A stretch of DNA of 64,000 nucleotides from Candidatus Hodarchaeota archaeon (GTDB lineage: Archaea > Asgardarchaeota > Lokiarchaeia > Sigyniarchaeales > SOKP01): positions 160,001 to 224,000 of the forward strand of contig JBHLJY010000001.1 in the NCBI GenBank assembly GCA_048887225.1. Direction: 5' to 3'. Positions 37,051-47,843 of this stretch are shown one piece after another. The notes beneath the pieces are model-generated. The model did not search any database, was not told the origin of the DNA, and saw only the letters and a list, made by a program, of their open reading frames with translations. Numbering within the stretch: the stretch's first letter is position 1; every line of letters starts with the position of its first letter. The translations under genes and the position numbers were made by a program.

Positions 37051-38346
37051 ATGAAAGCGGTTATATTAGCGGCAGGAGAAGGAAAGAGATTAAAACCAAT
37101 AACCTCGACACGTCCTAAACCTATGATACCGCTTGCCGGAAAACCAATATTAGAACATACAATTTTAGGATTAAAAGACGCCGGAATAGCTGATATTTTA
37201 TTAATTGTAGGGTATAAAGAAGATGTTATTAAAGATTATTTTGGCGATGGAATTGAAAAATTTAACACTAAAATTGAATATACAACTCAAGAAAAATATT
37301 TAGGTACAGCACACGCTACTAGCTATGCAAAAGATTTTGTGAAAGATGAACCATTTTTATTGATGTATGGAGATTTAGTCGTCGATCCAATAATTTTTAA
37401 AGAAGCAATAGAAAAATTTAATGAAAAGAAAACTAAAGGATTAATTTCTCTAATAGAAGTAAATAATCCTCAAGATTTCGGAATAATTAAGCTTAATTCT
37501 GAGGGATTAGTTGAAAAAATTACTGAAAAGCCCACTCTTGATATGGATTTAGGTAATTTAGCAAATGCAGGAATTTATATTTTTGAACCACTTATATTTG
37601 AAGCAATTGAAAAAACAGAGAAATCTGTAAGAAATGAATACGAGTTTACAGATTCAATGAAAATAATGATAAATCAATTAAATGGGAAAATAGCTGGTTA
37701 TATTATAAAAAATCATTTCTGGAGTGATATTGGTTTACCTTGGCAACTATTTGAAGCAAATATTTATATCTTAGATAAGCTAGAGCGTGAAATATTAGGA
37801 GATGTCGAAGAAAATGTTTATATTTTTGGCAATGTTCACATCGGAAAAAATACGAATGTGAAATCAGGAAGTTATATTATAGGTCCGTGTTATATAGGGG
37901 AAAATACTTTAATTGGTCCTAATGCGTATATAAGACCTCATACTTCTGTCGGAGATAAGTGCCATATTGGGATAAGTGAAGTTAAAAATTCCATTATTTT
38001 TTCTAATTCCAACGTTCCACATTTTAATTATGTTGGAGATTCAATTATATGTGAGAAGGTAAATCTCGGTGCTGGTTCAAAAACTTCAAACTTAAGATTT
38101 GATAATAAAAGTGTTTGGGTGACAATAAAGGGAGAGAGAATAGATTCTGGTCGAAGAAAACTAGGTTCCTTTATAGGACCTAATGTGCAGACAGGAATCA
38201 ACGCCAGCATAATGTGCGGTAAAAAAGTAGGTGAAAATTCTGTCATTGGAGCTCATACTTTAGTTGTTGAAGATGTTCCTGCAAATATGCTTTATTATCA
38301 CGATCCCTATGAAGGGATAAAAAAGAAAAAAAATCCATTTTATTAA
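37051..38346 (+). CDS. glmU: Archaeal bifunctional sugar-1-phosphate nucleotidyltransferase/acetyltransferase (GlmU-type)
   Basis: ILAAGEGKRLKP..PKP, EKP, WSDIGLPW, PHFNYVGDS, NLRFD, GRRKLG. Confidence 0.9.
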   Translation: MKAVILAAGEGKRLKPITSTRPKPMIPLAGKPILEHTILGLKDAGIADILLIVGYKEDVIKDYFGDGIEKFNTKIEYTTQEKYLGTAHATSYAKDFVKDEPFLLMYGDLVVDPIIFKEAIEKFNEKKTKGLISLIEVNNPQDFGIIKLNSEGLVEKITEKPTLDMDLGNLANAGIYIFEPLIFEAIEKTEKSVRNEYEFTDSMKIMINQLNGKIAGYIIKNHFWSDIGLPWQLFEANIYILDKLEREILGDVEENVYIFGNVHIGKNTNVKSGSYIIGPCYIGENTLIGPNAYIRPHTSVGDKCHIGISEVKNSIIFSNSNVPHFNYVGDSIICEKVNLGAGSKTSNLRFDNKSVWVTIKGERIDSGRRKLGSFIGPNVQTGINASIMCGKKVGENSVIGAHTLVVEDVPANMLYYHDPYEGIKKKKNPFY

Positions 38347-38435
38347 ATTTAAGATAATTTTTAATTGAATTTTGATAATTCGGACATTATTTTACAACTT
38401 TTAAAACAAAATTATAAGAAATGAATTAATTTATT

Positions 38436-40292
38436 TTAATGAACTGTTACTGTTTTGCTTAAATTAAGTGGTTTATCTGGATCTAAGCCATGATAAAGAG
38501 AAGCATAATATGCTAACAATTGTAAAGCTGGAGTAAAAGTAATTGGACTAAATATATTATGATATTTATCCCCAGGCTGAGGTATTCGAATAATCATATC
38601 ACTCAATTTTGAAATAACTTTATCATCTTCTGCAATGAGAGAGATTATTTTACCTCCTCTAGCTTTAAATTCCATTATATTCCCAATTAATCTTTGATAT
38701 GTCTCATCTGGAGGAGCTACAAAAATAACAGGAAATCCATCTCTGACTAAAGATATTGGCCCATGTTTGGCGTGAGCTGCTGAATAGCCCTCAATAAATC
38801 GGCACGCAACCTCCTTCAATTTTAAACCACCTTCTTTAGCAGTAGCGATTGATATGCCTCTTGCCAAAAAAAAGAAATTTTCACTGTTTTCTAAAGTATT
38901 TACGATATGTTTTATTAGGTCTACATTATTTTCAAGAAATTTTTGAATTATTAGAGGAGTTGAGCTTAAAGCATCATAATATTTTTTTAATTCTTCACCA
39001 ACTAATATTTTTCTAAGTTTTGCTATCTCTAAAGCAATCATAGCAAGAGTTAATACTTGAGTAACGTATGTTTTTGTCGCGGCAACACCAATTTCAGGTC
39101 CAGCTTGAGTTACAATAACATGATCAGAATATCTAGTAATAGATGATCCAACCACATTAGTAATTGATAATACTGTCAAATAATTACCTTTTATTTTTTT
39201 CGCCCATCGAACGGCTTCAATGGTATCAATAGTTTCACCAGATTGAGAAAGTGCTATTATAACAGTATTATCTTTCAAAGAATTTGACAATTCATTTTGA
39301 AATTCAGAGCATTCAATCGCATGAATATATTTGTCTAAAAATTTTGTAATTATAAATTTACCTGCTAATGAGGCATAAAATGACGTACCTGCGCCTGTTA
39401 TAAAAATATGATCAGCTCCAAAAAGAATTTTAGCAAAAATATTTATTTTTTCTTTAGGAATTAACATTGTCTGCCTTAAAGCAGTTGGTTCCTCATATAT
39501 CTCCTTTAACATAAAATGCTTATATCCTCCTTTTTCTGCCGCATCAATACTCCATTCAATATATTGTAACTCTTTTTCAATTTGTTCACCGCTTTTTAGA
39601 TTAAAAAAATCAGCCTCTCCTGCTTTTAAAATAGCAATTTCGTTATCATCTAGGATATAACAGTTTCTTGTCAAAGGTAAGAAAGCTGGAATATCTGATG
39701 CACAATAAGAAGTTTTTCCCTTGTCAATTCCTATCACAATTGGAGATCCTTTTCTTGCAACTATAATTGAATCATAAATTTCAGCATGACAAACAGCAAG
39801 TCCATATGTTCCCTTACATTTCTTTAAAGCATTTATTACAGAATTTTTAAAATCCAAACCTCTTTTCATAAATTCCTCAATTAAATGTGGAATAAGTTCG
39901 GTATCGGTTTCTGAAATGAATACATGCCCTTTTAATTTAAGTTCATTTTTTAACTCTATAAAATTATCAATGATACCATTGTGAACAACAGCAATTTTAT
40001 TGGAGCAATCTAGATGTGGATGGCTATTTATTTTAGTTGGGGGACCATGAGTTGCCCATCTTGTATGGGCAAGAGCTAATTTTGAATCATTAGGGAAATT
40101 AGATAAATCTATTTTTTTTTGAATTTCATCAATTTTTCCTGAATCCTTTTTAACAATTAATTGAGAAAGATATTGAGAAACTATTCCACAAGAATCATAA
40201 CCACGGTATTCTAGACGCTTGATTCCTTCAAAAGCAATTTCCCCGATAGATATATCTTCTCGATTTGTAATTACTCCAAAAATACCACACAT
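38436..40292 (-). CDS. glmS: Glutamine--fructose-6-phosphate transaminase (isomerizing)
   Basis: MCGIFG, RLEYRGYDS, HTRWATHG, HNGII, SQSGET, VAATK, LKLKE, KHGP, NLSKTVT. Confidence 0.96.
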   Translation of the reverse strand: MCGIFGVITNREDISIGEIAFEGIKRLEYRGYDSCGIVSQYLSQLIVKKDSGKIDEIQKKIDLSNFPNDSKLALAHTRWATHGPPTKINSHPHLDCSNKIAVVHNGIIDNFIELKNELKLKGHVFISETDTELIPHLIEEFMKRGLDFKNSVINALKKCKGTYGLAVCHAEIYDSIIVARKGSPIVIGIDKGKTSYCASDIPAFLPLTRNCYILDDNEIAILKAGEADFFNLKSGEQIEKELQYIEWSIDAAEKGGYKHFMLKEIYEEPTALRQTMLIPKEKINIFAKILFGADHIFITGAGTSFYASLAGKFIITKFLDKYIHAIECSEFQNELSNSLKDNTVIIALSQSGETIDTIEAVRWAKKIKGNYLTVLSITNVVGSSITRYSDHVIVTQAGPEIGVAATKTYVTQVLTLAMIALEIAKLRKILVGEELKKYYDALSSTPLIIQKFLENNVDLIKHIVNTLENSENFFFLARGISIATAKEGGLKLKEVACRFIEGYSAAHAKHGPISLVRDGFPVIFVAPPDETYQRLIGNIMEFKARGGKIISLIAEDDKVISKLSDMIIRIPQPGDKYHNIFSPITFTPALQLLAYYASLYHGLDPDKPLNLSKTVTVH

Positions 40293-40501
40293 AATTAAAA
40301 TTCAATTAACTCTAATTCTCTCTTATTAAAATAATGAATTATAAAAGTTTTATTAAGATTATTGAATATATGATAATATAATCAGTATAAATACGTATAA
40401 CTTTGAAGATATTGAGATATAATTAAAAAAATCTATTATAATCAAGTTTTATAGATATGAATTTTTATTATTTTTAAAATTAATTCTGAAAACCTTTTTT
40501 T

Positions 40502-41482
40502 ATGAGTTTTCTTATGCCTATAAAAGTATTAATTACTGAAGATTTTGAACATATGAGCGAAGTAGCGGCTGATATAATAAAAGAAGAAATTATTAAGGGA
40601 TTAAAAAATCAAAATGAATTTGTCTTAGGTTTAGCAACAGGAAATTCTCCTATTAGGGTATATAAGCTTTTAGCGAGAGCCGCTAATTTAGGAGAATTCG
40701 ATAGCAGTCGTATAAGAAGTTTTAATCTTGATGAATATGTTGGCCTCCCAGGTGAAAATATTCAGCAACGAACTATCCATCCTGAAAGTTATTGCTATTT
40801 TATGATCCAAGAGTTTTTTGGCCTTTTAGATAAGAAATTCATTGAAACAACAGTTCCATTTGGTTGTCTCATTGACCAGAATAAACTTATAATGGAACTT
40901 GAGGCAAACCCAGATGATTGGTGTGAGTTAGGCGCTTATGCTGGAAAATCAATAAACATCAAAGAAAATCCGACTTCAGAATATCTTGCTAGGATCCGCA
41001 GATTTATTTTGGATGAATATGCCCAAAAAATCGAGAATGCTGGTGGTATTGATTTGCAAATTGTTGGAGTTGGTGGAAGAGGCCATGTGGCATTTCACGA
41101 ATCGGGAATTCCTTTTAAGGGTAGTAAAGTTTTATTAGTAAAACTTGATGATAACACAATAAAAAACGCAGTTATTGACGGACATTTCTTAACTGAGGAA
41201 GAATCTCCACATTATGCAATTACCATGGGTGTTGAATTAATATATAAAGCAAAAACGGTGATGCTTTTAGCTAGCGGTGAACGCAAGGTAGAAGCCGTTA
41301 CCGAATCATTATTAAATGAACCAACACCAGATATTCCTATATCTTATGGTCAAATTTATTCAATAGAAGGTGGATGTTTATTTTATGTTATTGATAAAAT
41401 TGCTGGGCGAGATCTTATTGCTAATAAAAATTTGCTTGAACAAAAAGGAATTGAAATAGAAATTTTAAATAAGAACGTTTAA
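40502..41482 (+). CDS. nagB: Glucosamine-6-phosphate deaminase-like protein (NagB fold)
   Basis: LGLATGNSP, FNLDEYVGL, GGIDLQIVGVG..GHVAF, AITMG. Confidence 0.85.
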   Translation: MSFLMPIKVLITEDFEHMSEVAADIIKEEIIKGLKNQNEFVLGLATGNSPIRVYKLLARAANLGEFDSSRIRSFNLDEYVGLPGENIQQRTIHPESYCYFMIQEFFGLLDKKFIETTVPFGCLIDQNKLIMELEANPDDWCELGAYAGKSINIKENPTSEYLARIRRFILDEYAQKIENAGGIDLQIVGVGGRGHVAFHESGIPFKGSKVLLVKLDDNTIKNAVIDGHFLTEEESPHYAITMGVELIYKAKTVMLLASGERKVEAVTESLLNEPTPDIPISYGQIYSIEGGCLFYVIDKIAGRDLIANKNLLEQKGIEIEILNKNV

Positions 41483-41603
41483 AGCAATAATCTTTTTTTT
41501 ATTTTTAAAAAAAGGCTAATATTAATAATAAAGAAAGTTTATTTGAAAGTTAAATCAGTCTTTTTTGAAAAAAATTAAAGAGACACAAAAAGATAAGATT
41601 AAT

Positions 41604-43031
41604 TTATATTAAATCTAATTTTTTCATTCTCTCCGTAGCTAATTCGTTCATTTCTTTAGAATATTCCAAATTAACACTAGATTCGCCAGAAATTCTTAAA
41701 TATGGGCTAGTTCCTGAACGTCTAATTAAGATCCATCCATCATTATAATTGAATCTAACACCGTCCATTTTATTAGTATTCTTTATTTCTTTTCCTTTAG
41801 AATCTAAAATTTCCTTCATTTCATCTATAATTTTTTGATTAATCGCTTCTGTAAAAGGTATATCTTTTTTTAATTTAGAGTTTGTGCTGAAGTATGGATA
41901 TTTTGGAATCTTTTCTAATAATTCTTTTAATGTTTTTCCAGATTCTTTAATCATTCTTAAGACTTTAGCTACTGTAGCTATAGAATCTGGGCCAAGGTGT
42001 GTTCTTGGCCAAATATAAGTACCAGAAGTTTCTCCACCTAAAAAACCTCCTTGCTCTTTAAGTGCTTGAGCTACTTTAATATCACCAACTTCAGTATAAA
42101 TAACTTCGCAGCCAAGAGGAGCTAAAGCATCTTCCAATAAGCTAGACGAATTTATAGCGGTGATAACTTTCATTTTTTCTTTGGGTATTTTATCTTTATA
42201 TCTTTTCAGATAATCAATTGCCATTAAAGCTAATAGACGGATTGGATCAACAATTTGTCCATCTTCGTCAAAGAATATTACTCTATCTGCATCACCATCA
42301 AGAGCAATTCCAATATCATCTTGGTCTGAGGATTTAATAAACTTTGAGAGTTGCCTTAAATTTTCTTTACTCGGTTCAGAATGACGTCCTGGGAATTTAC
42401 CATCCATTTGTGCGTTAATGGTCATGATTTTTATATTATAAGTGCTCAATAATTTGGGAACAATATCACATCCAGAACCATTTCCTGGATCAACGATAAC
42501 ATTTAACTCAGATCCATCGAACATTATACGATTTGTAATATCTAAAATATGAATATCATTTATATCATCAATGTTAGTAACCTTTCCAACCTCATCCCAT
42601 TCAATCTTTAAAAAAGCTTTATCGTTATATATCCTCTCAATTTCTTCTTCTTGTTCAGGAATATACCCCATCCCTGAAGGATTCCAGAATTTCAATCCAA
42701 TATATTCAGGAGTATTGTGAGAGGCTGTGATCATAACTCCTGCGTCAGCATTTAAATACCGTAGTGACATAGCTAAAGTTGGTGTAGTAACAATTCCTAA
42801 AGTTTTAACATTGCATCCTGTGCTCACTAAACCCGAAATAAAAGCATATTCAATGGGTAAAGCAGACATACGTATATCCTTTCCAATTATGATGTTTGCA
42901 TTACCATTTAAATAAGTTCCTAAAGCAAGTCCGACTTCTAAAGCCATCTGAGGAGTTAACATAATATCAGAATCACCGTAGTTCATGAAAACCCTTCTAA
43001 TTCCACTAGTGCCAAATATATTACTTGCTAT
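41604..43031 (-). CDS. glmM: Phosphoglucosamine mutase / phosphohexomutase, probable ATA start at 43031
   Basis: TASHN, DGDADR, GGETSG, RRSGT; conserved IFGTSGIR lies upstream of the track's ATG (42986); substrate inferred from glmU/glmS neighbours. Confidence 0.85.
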   Translation of the reverse strand: MASNIFGTSGIRRVFMNYGDSDIMLTPQMALEVGLALGTYLNGNANIIIGKDIRMSALPIEYAFISGLVSTGCNVKTLGIVTTPTLAMSLRYLNADAGVMITASHNTPEYIGLKFWNPSGMGYIPEQEEEIERIYNDKAFLKIEWDEVGKVTNIDDINDIHILDITNRIMFDGSELNVIVDPGNGSGCDIVPKLLSTYNIKIMTINAQMDGKFPGRHSEPSKENLRQLSKFIKSSDQDDIGIALDGDADRVIFFDEDGQIVDPIRLLALMAIDYLKRYKDKIPKEKMKVITAINSSSLLEDALAPLGCEVIYTEVGDIKVAQALKEQGGFLGGETSGTYIWPRTHLGPDSIATVAKVLRMIKESGKTLKELLEKIPKYPYFSTNSKLKKDIPFTEAINQKIIDEMKEILDSKGKEIKNTNKMDGVRFNYNDGWILIRRSGTSPYLRISGESSVNLEYSKEMNELATERMKKLDLI

Positions 43032-43418
43032 ATTAAATCACCTTAATTCAAATGATTTCTTTTAAAAATAAATGTATATTTTAAAGATTTAATATATTTT
43101 TTAATTTATAATATAGAAGATAATTTAGTTTAAATATTTATTCTATGTAGAATATTCCGTAAACTTTGATTAACTAATATATCCAATATAGCTTATTACA
43201 ATAAACTCAATATAAATTACTTTTCATAGTTATACTCGGTTAAAATGTTTATTTAATTAATCTGTGGTCTAATATCAACTAAATATTTAATAATAATAAA
43301 TTAAATCTAAAATCCTAATTTTTAATTATAAAAAATAGTAAATTATAAAATTTTGATTACACTTATTCCTATAATAAAAGAAAACGAAGAATTAAAATTA
43401 TCAAGGGTTATTTAATAT

Positions 43419-44915
43419 TTGATTTTTCAAGGATTATTTAATATTCTTGATCTCTACTCAAATGAGATTGATCTTTTTTACGATGCCATAGATAAATATT
43501 TTAGAGAAAGAATTTCTATTTTTATCGATGGGAGCTCCTTAGAGAAACGCGATTTAAAAGAAGAACTCGAGATAATTACTTCTTTTCTTACAAATGAACT
43601 TGTTAATTTAGGATTTGAACGAGAAGATATTGAAAATAAATTTTCAGATCAATTTTTAATAATAAGAAAGAGCGAAATTGACACATTGACCACACCAATA
43701 GAACGTTACAATAAGAAATTGGCTCCTATTGTCTATGAGATATTTTTGGAAAAAGTAATAGATTATCTTGTTGACGCTTCATCATGTGTACCTCTTTTGT
43801 TAGAATTAAAATCTAGAAATTTCCTTCCAATTGAGTTTATGATGGAATTAAAAAATCTAAAAAACCTTTTTGAAAAATATCCTGATAAAATAGAAAACTT
43901 AAAAAAATATATTCAAATACGGGAAAAAATTATTCATAAATTTAGTGAAAACAAAGATAAAATTGAAAAACTAGAAGATCTAGAAAATCCTCAAGACAAA
44001 CTGCAATTAATCTATTTAATATATAGAATTATCGATTTTTTCAATTTACAGAAAATTTTTGACTTTTCCCACATTATAGATTATCTTAGAAATAACATTG
44101 AGGAATGGTTAGTTTCGATTCCGTTGATTACATTAAAAAATCCCGATTTATATTTTTGTGGAATTTATTTATCTAATTGTTTTCACAATATCGATATAAA
44201 ATTTAATATTGAGAGAGTAATCCAATTTTTATTAAACCTATATGAAGAAAGTATTGACGAATTTGAAGCACCACTTATTGAAGCAACCGATAGACTATAT
44301 TACTATCTAAAAGCAACACAGTTATGCAACTATAGATTATCTGATGTACAAATAAAGAATCTTCTAAAAACAAAACCAAAATTTTTTGAACCTCATTTTC
44401 TGAAAAATTTAGAAACCTCACAATTGGTTGTTTTATTGAAAATTTATAATCTTCTTGGATTATACAAAAATTTAGAACCACACAAAATTAATGCAATTAT
44501 TGATGAGATTGAGAAACGGGTCACACCTGAAGGAATAAAACAATATCGAGACGGATTTGTAACTTCAGAATCAACATATTACGTGCTATTTCTTAATTAT
44601 ATGAGAAACACTCTTGATAAATTAAAAGATTACGACCTATTAGGCAATATAATTTCTAGAATTTATAGGAATTTAGAAATTCTTGATTTCTCAGTCGATA
44701 CTAATTACGATCTCGTAAGCGAATTATTTTACTCAATTGAAAGTTTGAAATTATTGAATTGTATTGAGACTAAACAAATGATAATACATCTCGCTAAATA
44801 TTTATTTCCGCAAAATGTTGTAGACACAATATTAAATAGTGAAGAAATTGCCCAAACAAAAGCAAGATTTAAACATTTAAAGGTCAATAGAATTACTGGA
44901 GAAACTATTTATTAA
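43419..44915 (+). CDS. Hypothetical all-helical protein (C-terminal half weakly like prenyltransferase/alpha-alpha toroid repeats)
   Basis: 498-aa ORF; DGFVTSESTYYVL, ELFYSIESLKLL. Confidence 0.7.
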   Translation: MIFQGLFNILDLYSNEIDLFYDAIDKYFRERISIFIDGSSLEKRDLKEELEIITSFLTNELVNLGFEREDIENKFSDQFLIIRKSEIDTLTTPIERYNKKLAPIVYEIFLEKVIDYLVDASSCVPLLLELKSRNFLPIEFMMELKNLKNLFEKYPDKIENLKKYIQIREKIIHKFSENKDKIEKLEDLENPQDKLQLIYLIYRIIDFFNLQKIFDFSHIIDYLRNNIEEWLVSIPLITLKNPDLYFCGIYLSNCFHNIDIKFNIERVIQFLLNLYEESIDEFEAPLIEATDRLYYYLKATQLCNYRLSDVQIKNLLKTKPKFFEPHFLKNLETSQLVVLLKIYNLLGLYKNLEPHKINAIIDEIEKRVTPEGIKQYRDGFVTSESTYYVLFLNYMRNTLDKLKDYDLLGNIISRIYRNLEILDFSVDTNYDLVSELFYSIESLKLLNCIETKQMIIHLAKYLFPQNVVDTILNSEEIAQTKARFKHLKVNRITGETIY

Positions 44916-45026
44916 TCATTAGGTTAAATTAATAATTTCAATTCAAGCTATATCTTTTTTTAACAAATCAAAATTTTAATTTAATCTTTAAAATAATTAT
45001 AAAATAAATAAATAAACAAAATTTAT

Positions 45027-46517
45027 TTGATTTTTATGAATTTTGAAAATTTTGAATTAATTTATAAGGAGAATCGAGTTAAAATAGATGATAAACCCAA
45101 AATAAAATCAAAACTGAGCGAAATTGTAGGAAATAAAAACGTTTCGGACAATGAAATTGATATATTTGCCTATAATAAGGATACTACTCTTTTAACATTA
45201 AATTGGACACTCGAAGGAAAAATTGCTGGATTACCAGATTTTATAGTATGGCCTGATACTACAGAACAGATTTCTACTATTTTGAAATTAGCAAATGAAG
45301 AAAAAATTCCCGTAATTCCATTCTCAGAGGGATCTGGAGTTGTAGGAGGAGCGATACCGATCTATGGTGGAATTATTCTCGATATGAAGAAGTTCAATAA
45401 AGTTTTAGAAATAAACGATAAAGATTTAACTGTTACAGTCGAATCTGGTATAAATGGGATGAATTTAGAGCGTTACTTGAATGCTAAAGGATACACGGGA
45501 GGACATATTCCTCAATCTCTTTATACTTCATCTGTTGGAGGATGGATAGCACATAGAGCTGCGGGACAATTTTCTACTAAATATGGTAAAATCGAAGATA
45601 TTGTATTGGGTATGGAAGTAGTTTTACCGCAAGGTGATATTATAAAATTTAAGACAATAGCCAGAGCATCAACTGGTCCCCAACTTGATAAATTATTCAT
45701 TGGGGGAGAAGGTACGTTAGGTATAGTAACGAAAGCTACACTAAAAATTTGGCCTTATCCTGAAAAGAGAGCATTAATTTCATATGCATTCCCTACTTTT
45801 GAAGATTCCTTAGAAGCAACTAGACAAATTTTGAGACAACAAATATATCCCGCCGTTATAAGAATTTATGATGCTGATGAAACATATAGGCATTTTGGTC
45901 ATATAGAAAAAGCTAAGGATAAAGTTATGGTTGTATTTGTTTGTCAAGGTATTGAAAGACTGGTCGATCTTGAAGAGGTAATTACCAAAGAGACATGTGA
46001 AAAAAATAATGGTATTGATTGTGGAGAAGAACCCGTAGAGCACTGGTTTGAAACTAGATTCAGAGTAACAGAAACATCATCTACACCAACATTTAAAATA
46101 GTTGCTGATACTATTGAGGTTGGATTTTTATGGGATAAAGCGGCAGATATGTATCATTCCGTACTAGAAGCAGCAGAAAAAATTAAAGGTGTCATATTGA
46201 TAACAGCACATGTTTCTCATTTTTATCCTAATGGAGTGGGATTTTATTTCACTTTTGCTGGAATACCTCCAAAAGAAAAAACTGATTTTGAGTTTTATAA
46301 AGTGGTTTGGAATACCATTGTTAAAACAGTAGAAGATGCTGGAGGATCTTTTGGGCATCATCATGGCGTTGGAATCAATAGATCTAAATGGATGTCCGTA
46401 GAATGGGGAAAATCTTTTGATACTTTAAAGGGTATAAAGAAATTACTTGATCCTAATAATATTTTAAATCCAGGGAAAATTTACGAGAGTGTATGGAATG
46501 AAGGAGGTGAGAATTAA
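45027..46517 (+). CDS. FAD-linked oxidoreductase, alkyl-DHAP synthase (AGPS)/YgcU-like (VAO/PCMH family)
   Basis: GSGVVGG, GHIPQS..SVGGWIA..GQFSTKYGKIED, GEGTLGIVT, RIYD, SHFY..GFYFTF, HHHGVG, LDPNNILNPGK. Confidence 0.88.
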   Translation: MIFMNFENFELIYKENRVKIDDKPKIKSKLSEIVGNKNVSDNEIDIFAYNKDTTLLTLNWTLEGKIAGLPDFIVWPDTTEQISTILKLANEEKIPVIPFSEGSGVVGGAIPIYGGIILDMKKFNKVLEINDKDLTVTVESGINGMNLERYLNAKGYTGGHIPQSLYTSSVGGWIAHRAAGQFSTKYGKIEDIVLGMEVVLPQGDIIKFKTIARASTGPQLDKLFIGGEGTLGIVTKATLKIWPYPEKRALISYAFPTFEDSLEATRQILRQQIYPAVIRIYDADETYRHFGHIEKAKDKVMVVFVCQGIERLVDLEEVITKETCEKNNGIDCGEEPVEHWFETRFRVTETSSTPTFKIVADTIEVGFLWDKAADMYHSVLEAAEKIKGVILITAHVSHFYPNGVGFYFTFAGIPPKEKTDFEFYKVVWNTIVKTVEDAGGSFGHHHGVGINRSKWMSVEWGKSFDTLKGIKKLLDPNNILNPGKIYESVWNEGGEN

Positions 46518-47786
46518 ATGAGTGATATTCTAAACAAATATAAATGGATGGGTCCGATCATCGCAAAAATGGATCGCGACATTAAAAGAACATTTATGAA
46601 GAACTTTCGAATGAGGGATAAGAATTTCTTTCCCGAAGGAGATTATAAAGCTGATATAAAGAACTTAGTAAATTGTATGCTTTGTCCAAATATGTGTCGT
46701 TTTGACTGCGGAACTCTTCAAGCAGCGAAATCTGAAACTATGAGTCCATCTTACAAGGCAAGAATCGCCTATTATCTCATATTGGGAAAAATTGATCCCT
46801 TGGATCCGTCAAACAAAGAATTCATTGATTTAATGTATATGTGTAGCAACGAAGAAAATTGCAAAATATGGTGTCCATTCGATTTTTCTGTTGTTTCTTT
46901 ACTTGAAACTGTAAGAGATGATCTAAACGATAAAGGATTAATGCCAGATTATTGTAAAGAACAACTAGAAAAGCTGAAAAAAACTAATACTATTGAAGAT
47001 TACAATATCTTCGAAACTTATAAAGAAAAAGGGATAGAAAACATCGAAACCAAGGGAAACGACGAAGTGTTTTATTATATTGGTTGTGAGTCTATGAAAT
47101 TTCCAGAAGTTGTTAAGGCTAACATTGAAATCCTCAAAAAAGCAGGTGTTAAATTTTCTACAAATTTAGAAAAAAAGGTTTGTTGTGGTGGACCTGCGTT
47201 TAACATTAGGGATTTAGAAAAAACAAAAGAACTTGCTAATAAAAATATAGAATTAATTGAGAACACTGGTGCGAAAATTGTTATATCAGATTGTCCAGGT
47301 TGTATAGAAACCTTAAGTAATCGGTATCAAAATTTTGGAATTGAAATTGATAAAAACTTTATACATATAGCTCAATATATTAAAGACCTTATCGATAATA
47401 GAAAAGTAAAATTTGAAAGAGAAATCCCTGATGATTATAAAAAAGTAACTATTCATGATCCCTGTTTACTTGCTAGAAATTTGAATGATACTGAGTCTAT
47501 TAGAGCAATTTTAAATAAGGTCCCTGGCATTGAAATTATTGAGCCGATATATAATAAACAATATACCCATTGTTGTGGTTGGAGTGGTACAGTTCATTGG
47601 GCAGAAAAAAATATAGCAATCAAAGAAGCTTCAAATAGAATTAATGAATTGAAAGAAACTGGAGCAAATGTGTTCATTTCAGCTTGTCCTGAATGTGAAT
47701 TAGGTTTAGCATATGGAATCAGTGAAAAAGATAAAGAAAACATTAAAATAGTAGATATTTCCGAATTATTAATTAAAGCATTTTAA
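46518..47786 (+). CDS. Fe-S oxidoreductase with two CCG domains (GlpC/GlcF/HdrD-like)
   Basis: CMLCPNMCRFDC, CSNEENCKIWCP, YYIGC, CCGG, DCPGC, HDPC, CCG, ACPEC; abuts the previous gene, with GGAGGTGA upstream. Confidence 0.9.
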   Translation: MSDILNKYKWMGPIIAKMDRDIKRTFMKNFRMRDKNFFPEGDYKADIKNLVNCMLCPNMCRFDCGTLQAAKSETMSPSYKARIAYYLILGKIDPLDPSNKEFIDLMYMCSNEENCKIWCPFDFSVVSLLETVRDDLNDKGLMPDYCKEQLEKLKKTNTIEDYNIFETYKEKGIENIETKGNDEVFYYIGCESMKFPEVVKANIEILKKAGVKFSTNLEKKVCCGGPAFNIRDLEKTKELANKNIELIENTGAKIVISDCPGCIETLSNRYQNFGIEIDKNFIHIAQYIKDLIDNRKVKFEREIPDDYKKVTIHDPCLLARNLNDTESIRAILNKVPGIEIIEPIYNKQYTHCCGWSGTVHWAEKNIAIKEASNRINELKETGANVFISACPECELGLAYGISEKDKENIKIVDISELLIKAF

Positions 47787-47843
47787 TTTCTAATTGATTA
47801 ATTAAAAATTTAAATTTAGTTAAATGTTACCCAAGTGATTGAA

